19,586 bases of DNA from Chlamydiia bacterium (GTDB lineage Bacteria > Chlamydiota > Chlamydiia > Chlamydiales > 2-12-FULL-49-11). Shown piece after piece: positions 15,763 to 19,586 of this stretch. How positions within the stretch are numbered: the stretch's first letter is position 1; each line of letters begins with the position of its first letter. The stretch lies in NCBI GenBank assembly GCA_044359535.1, contig JBIKLZ010000022.1:1-19586 (forward strand). Direction: 5' to 3'. The position numbers and the translations under genes were made by a program. The notes beneath the pieces are model-generated. The model was not told where the DNA came from and searched no databases. It was given only the letters and a program-made list of their open reading frames with translations.

Positions 15763-16770
15763 AACAGAGTGTGCACAGCTCTTAAGGTTATTGATGGGGG
15801 CTGTTAGAAATACTTGAGGTAAAAGTTTTAAACGTTCCATTAAATGATCCTGCTTTTTTTCATCAAGAAAAGAGAGGTAATCGTCCATGGCAAAAACTAT
15901 AGCCCCCATCATTGTATAAGAGGCAAGTTTTAAAGCAATGACAAGGAGTCTTTTTTCCCCCTCACTGGAAAATAATTTTGCTTTTTCTTTATCTAGCGAA
16001 AAGTGGATATCATCTCGATGAGGTCCTATCGAAGTAAAGCCTAAATGAAAATCCTTTTCTCTACACTCTTTATACCCTTGTTTTGTAATCCCCCCTTTAG
16101 GGGAGGGTTTATAGATCAGTTGGGGTACTTTTTCTTTGTGGTGGAAATAGGAAAACTCTTCAATAAATCTTTCTTCTAACTCTTTAATGAACTTTTCTCT
16201 TTTCATTTGAATGATTTGAGCAGATTTAACAAGCTCCTCTTCCCAAATATCTAAAGTGTGAGTTGTTTTTGCTTTTAATAGGGCATTTCTATGAATAAGT
16301 CCCTTGTTGTATCTTGATAAATGAAAAATATAGGAAGAATCGACTTGAGATAGATGAATATCTATAAATTTACGTCTATGTAAGGGCTCTCCTGTAATGA
16401 TTTCTACATCATTGGGAGAATAGACAACAGAAGGGATGAGTCCAAGAAGGCGGGAAAAGCTTTTATGGGTTGTTTGATTATGGATGATTTCTTTATTTTT
16501 TCCATCAAAATGGACGTGAATTTTTTCTGAAAGACCCTCTTTTGTGTAAGCAACCTCAATAAAAAATTTAGAGGCGTTGTGTTCAATGGCTTCTTTTAAA
16601 TTGTGAGTACGGTTAGATCTTCCAATACTTGCAATCAATAAGGATTCTAAAAGATTGGATTTTCCTATCCCATTTTCTCCATGAATAAGATTGATCCCTG
16701 GAGAAAAAACAAACTCTTTATAGTGATAATTTCTAAAATGGGTGAGGGATACTTTTTTTATCCACCGCAT
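15754..16770 (-). CDS. recF: DNA replication and repair protein RecF
   Basis: FRNY, Walker A GENGIGKSN, RRKFID, RNALLK, GPHRDD, SEGEKR, MDD..S.LD. Starts 3 nt after the dnaN stop. Confidence 0.96.
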   Translation of the reverse strand: MRWIKKVSLTHFRNYHYKEFVFSPGINLIHGENGIGKSNLLESLLIASIGRSNRTHNLKEAIEHNASKFFIEVAYTKEGLSEKIHVHFDGKNKEIIHNQTTHKSFSRLLGLIPSVVYSPNDVEIITGEPLHRRKFIDIHLSQVDSSYIFHLSRYNKGLIHRNALLKAKTTHTLDIWEEELVKSAQIIQMKREKFIKELEERFIEEFSYFHHKEKVPQLIYKPSPKGGITKQGYKECREKDFHLGFTSIGPHRDDIHFSLDKEKAKLFSSEGEKRLLVIALKLASYTMMGAIVFAMDDYLSFLDEKKQDHLMERLKLLPQVFLTAPINNLKSCAHSVLL

Positions 16771-16773
16771 AGA

Positions 16774-17871
16774 TTAACCAAGACGCATAGGCATAATCAC
16801 GTAGTGAGCATCCGATGTGTCGGTGATCGATCCTGGGTTAAACGAATCGGTCATACAAAAATTGACAGTTTCATCCTTACAATGTCTTAAAACATCAAGG
16901 ACATAATGGGGGTTAAAGGCAATCTCCTTTTTATCCCCTCTGTAATCAACAGGCATATGAACCTTCCCTTCACCAATATCACTATTGGTCGCTTGAAGGC
17001 GGAGTTCTCCATCTAAAAAGGTGAGTTTTACAGAATGAGAAGCATCAGGGGTAAACAGTGAAATCTGTTTTAAAAGAGTCATCAACTCTTCTCTATGCAA
17101 TTTAATTTCTCTTAACTCTGAATGATCGGGGATGACCCTTTCATAATCAGGGAATTGACCTGTGATGAGTTTAGAAATAAGGCAAAAATTCCCCATTTCG
17201 ACAGAGATTTTGTCTTCCATTAGGGTGATTCTAACATCATCTTCATCAATCAGCACTCGAACAAGCTCCTCAACAGCCTTTAATGGAATAATGTTTGAAA
17301 AGTCAATGGGTTCAAAAAGATCTAATTGCCCATGTACTTTTGCAAGTCTTTTCCCATCTGTCCCTACAAAAAGGATGCGATTGCCTATAATCTCCATAAA
17401 TACCCCATTTAGAACTTGACGGGTATCATCTTTTGCTGCAGAAAATGAGGTCCTCATTAACATATCCTTTAAATCTGCACCCTTCATGGTAAAATGCTTC
17501 CCTTCATCATCTTGAGGAAATGGAGGGTATTCTTCCTTATCCATCCCATGAAGTCTAAAATGAGAGGAACCAGCTGTAATTCGTGCAATCCCTGTCTCTG
17601 AAGTTTCAACAGTAATTTCTGGAGCTGTAAGTTCTCGTGTCAATTGAAAAAAGCGTTTTGCAGGAAGAGTAATTGCCCCTTCTTGAACAATATTTACATC
17701 CACACTTACCTTTACACTTACTGTAAGATCGGTTGCATAAAGGGTGATAACGTCATTTTTTGCTTCTAAAAGGATATTAGATAAAATAGGAACAACTGCT
17801 TTTGAAGGGACAACATTTTGCACCTTACTGATTAAGACAACAAGCTTTTCTCGAGAGATGATAAACTTCAT
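16774..17871 (-). CDS. dnaN: DNA polymerase III beta sliding clamp
   Basis: PILSNILLEA, ATDL, RQVLNGV, GTDGKRLA, GQFPDYERVIP, IAFNPHY, VIMPMRL. 365 aa. Confidence 0.98.
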   Translation of the reverse strand: MKFIISREKLVVLISKVQNVVPSKAVVPILSNILLEAKNDVITLYATDLTVSVKVSVDVNIVQEGAITLPAKRFFQLTRELTAPEITVETSETGIARITAGSSHFRLHGMDKEEYPPFPQDDEGKHFTMKGADLKDMLMRTSFSAAKDDTRQVLNGVFMEIIGNRILFVGTDGKRLAKVHGQLDLFEPIDFSNIIPLKAVEELVRVLIDEDDVRITLMEDKISVEMGNFCLISKLITGQFPDYERVIPDHSELREIKLHREELMTLLKQISLFTPDASHSVKLTFLDGELRLQATNSDIGEGKVHMPVDYRGDKKEIAFNPHYVLDVLRHCKDETVNFCMTDSFNPGSITDTSDAHYVIMPMRLG

Positions 17872-17907
17872 AAAAACAACCTTTAGAATTTTTCAATGTG
17901 ATCAAAC

Positions 17908-17937
17908 ATCATAGTATTTTTAAGAGTGAAATGTCAA
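17908..17937 (-). promoter_or_regulatory. promoter candidate for dnaN-recF
   Basis: On the minus strand: TTGACA (17937-17932), 18 nt, TATGAT (17913-17908). Confidence 0.65.
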
Positions 17938-18077
17938 GAAAAGATCCTAAACACCTCTTGGTCTTTACCCTTTGAAGTACCGTTTTTTTAAGGGGAAAAA
18001 TAATTAAAATAAATATTTACCTCAAAAAAAGCTCATGGTAGTGTGACAAAATAGAGTCAAAATTTCCAGAGGGAAGA

Positions 18078-18398
18078 ATGTTTAAAGGGACGTTGATAGA
18101 TTTATTAGATGGGATTTATAGATTAGAAATAAGTCCAACAGAAGCTCAAAAAGTGATCCACATGTTTTTTGGTGAAGCTGGATTAAATCCTACTATCTAT
18201 GAACCCTTATCGTCACTTTTACTTAAGGAAGAAGGAAGAGAAAAGATTGAGGCGTATGAGATGTTAATGAATGAGATGAATTGGTTGATTGCAAGACTTT
18301 CAGCTCGTGAAATTAATGTCGATGAATCTTTAATCATTATGGAAGAGAAAATGAATGACTACTTAAATGGTGAAGAGAGTAGGGAGTATGTGATCTAA
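18078..18398 (+). CDS. hypothetical helical protein with two SHOCT-like repeats
   Basis: GAGGG SD before ATG. Acidic 106 aa. Upstream promoter-like TTTACC (18016-18021), 17 nt, TAGTGT (18039-18044) with an extended-10 TG. Confidence 0.7.
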   Translation: MFKGTLIDLLDGIYRLEISPTEAQKVIHMFFGEAGLNPTIYEPLSSLLLKEEGREKIEAYEMLMNEMNWLIARLSAREINVDESLIIMEEKMNDYLNGEESREYVI

Positions 18399-18431
18399 AG
18401 GAAGGGGATTGTTTTAAAAACATCTCTTATA

Positions 18432-18460
18432 TTGAAGGAATTAAAGAAGGGTTCTATTAT
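18432..18460 (+). promoter_or_regulatory. promoter candidate for the 180-aa ORF
   Basis: TTGAAG (18432-18437), 17 nt, TATTAT (18455-18460). GGGAG SD precedes ATG 18488. Confidence 0.5.
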
Positions 18461-18487
18461 GTAACCCTCTGAAGAAAGGGAGTAATT

Positions 18488-19030
18488 ATGGATACTTTTT
18501 CAAAGATAAGAAAATCTGCAGGAAGAGAGGAGCAAAAAAGACAAATGATCAATAAAGCGATTGATCTTTTGCATAAACTATCAAATAAGCGGTTAGACTA
18601 TGAAGATGCAAAGTCAGAAATTTCTAGAGTGATTTCAGAGTACTATATTTTTGATGACAAGATGGGGGTTGAGGAAAACACAAAACTTAACCTTGAGGTG
18701 ATGCTTCACAACTCATTTGATGTAATTGATGGGGTAAAGGAGGAAAAACTAAATTTATACCAAGCAATTATGCTCATGAACAAAGTGATGGCTCATGCAG
18801 AAGTTGTTAAACAGGAGGTTTTAACACCCACAGTAGAAGAAAAAAATCAAACTCCTGAGATTGCAAAGCCCCCTTCTTTACCAGAAAAAAGGACAGAAAC
18901 CAAAATGGAAGTTTCTGAAGCGATGAATGAAGTGATTGAAAGTAAAAAAAGGTACCTTAAATCGATAGAGCAATTAAATCAGATGTTAGAATCTCACGGC
19001 CTTACACTCAACCCTTTAGAACCAAAATGA
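18488..19030 (+). CDS. hypothetical protein: two SHOCT-like repeats, Pro/Thr/Glu linker, C-terminal coiled-coil-like helix
   Basis: GGGAG SD. 180 aa. Repeat similarity to the upstream ORF was seen by manual alignment. Confidence 0.75.
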   Translation: MDTFSKIRKSAGREEQKRQMINKAIDLLHKLSNKRLDYEDAKSEISRVISEYYIFDDKMGVEENTKLNLEVMLHNSFDVIDGVKEEKLNLYQAIMLMNKVMAHAEVVKQEVLTPTVEEKNQTPEIAKPPSLPEKRTETKMEVSEAMNEVIESKKRYLKSIEQLNQMLESHGLTLNPLEPK

Positions 19031-19079
19031 AAAAAAAGCCCTATATAATTGTGGAAACTTTGTAGAAAAAGGGTTACTA

Positions 19080-19112
19080 TTATTATCTTCTCTATTATAG
19101 AGAAGATAATAA
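19080..19112. repeat. perfect 15-bp inverted repeat with a 3-nt spacer
   Basis: TTATTATCTTCTCTA (19080-19094), TTA, TAGAGAAGATAATAA (19098-19112). Confidence 0.9.
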
Positions 19113-19144
19113 GATAAATAGTTTTAATAGGAAATGTTTGTATT

Positions 19145-19459
19145 TTGTTAAGAAGAGCAAGTCATAGATCCAGCTTAGTTGAGGCTTTCAAAGAATTTTG
19201 GTGGGTGATTTTATTTGTTTCTTTTACATGTAGTGGTTTTGTTTTTGCCGCTTCTTCGCAAAAAAAGATTGCTCAAGAAATTCAAAAAAGGATTGAGTCT
19301 ATTCAAGAGCAGAAAAATAAGGCTCTTTCAGAAAAAGAATATTTAGAGCAGAAACTTTATAGTAAAGATGATCCCGCTTATGTGGAGTTAACCTTGATTA
19401 AAGTGTTAGGGGTGACTCCTAAAGGGCAACAAAAAGTGCTATTTAATAGGGCAGATTAA
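19145..19459 (+). CDS. FtsB/DivIC-like septum formation initiator-type protein
   Basis: Short N-tail, one TM helix (FWWVILFVSFTCSGFVFA), coiled coil, then DDPAYVE...VLGVTPKGQ matching the D..YIE..AR..LG...PGE pattern of FtsB/DivIC. The TTG start is uncertain. Confidence 0.7.
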   Translation: MLRRASHRSSLVEAFKEFWWVILFVSFTCSGFVFAASSQKKIAQEIQKRIESIQEQKNKALSEKEYLEQKLYSKDDPAYVELTLIKVLGVTPKGQQKVLFNRAD

Positions 19460-19460
19460 C

Positions 19461-19586
19461 GTGATATCTTCAGGGTTACTCATTTTAGGGTTGCTACTTC
19501 TTTTAGTGTGCAGTGCATTTTTTTCTTCTTCAGAAACAGCTCTTTTTTCACTTTCCCCTTCAAAAAGAAATACATTTAGACATTCT
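19461..19586 (+). CDS. N-terminus of a CNNM/DUF21 (TlyC/CorB hemolysin-family) protein, truncated by the window edge
   Basis: Manual translation from GTG 19461: MISSGLLILGLLLLLVCSAFFSSSETALFSLSPSKRNTFRHS. SAFFSxSETALFS is the CNNM transmembrane-domain signature. Confidence 0.85.
   Translation, partial: MISSGLLILGLLLLLVCSAFFSSSETALFSLSPSKRNTFRHS

Noticed and set aside
12173..17419. Short nested ORFs 12173..12373, 13932..14180, 15455..15637, 16404..16586, 16681..16890 and 17162..17419
   Set aside because: They lie almost entirely within better-supported genes, on the opposite strand or in another frame, with no recognisable motifs.
17872..18077. Possible oriC upstream of dnaN
   Set aside because: No dnaA is adjacent and I found no TTATCCACA-type box cluster. 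Only isolated one-mismatch matches occur elsewhere, at or inside CDSs (for example near 2534 and 16758).

Overview
AT-rich, densely packed bacterial chromosomal region with no integrase, transposase, phage or CRISPR signal. Gene content points to an environmental Chlamydiae (Chlamydiota) genome (inference): a long-clade PPi-PFK, a histone H1-like Hc2-type protein, DUF2608, TrmB with CSGNG, a dnaN-recF pair not preceded by dnaA, and an FtsB-like gene abutting a CNNM/hemolysin gene. Order: partial hypothetical, pfp, SAM methyltransferase, M20 amidohydrolase, APC permease (-), small very basic ORF, Hc2-like histone protein, PAP2 phosphatase (-), signal-peptide Fe/Mn SOD, hypothetical (-), EamA/DMT transporter, ABM-like protein (-), second APC permease (-), tRNA-Pro(TGG) (-), conserved hypothetical (-), trmB (-), tRNA-Leu(TAG) (-), DUF2608, pgi, recF (-), dnaN (-), two helical hypotheticals, FtsB/DivIC-like, CNNM/TlyC (partial). 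The region is mostly housekeeping and I cannot demonstrate a new system. The best leads are: (1) a possible nucleoid module (a basic mini-protein with an amphipathic aromatic core, an orphan RNA hairpin, the Hc2-like gene and a nearby DOT1-like methyltransferase); (2) two adjacent orphan proteins built from the same 22-aa SHOCT-like repeat; (3) an apparently exported Fe/Mn SOD; (4) a tRNA-Leu-trmB operon with no Shine-Dalgarno; (5) a perfect 15-bp inverted repeat before the ftsB-like gene.
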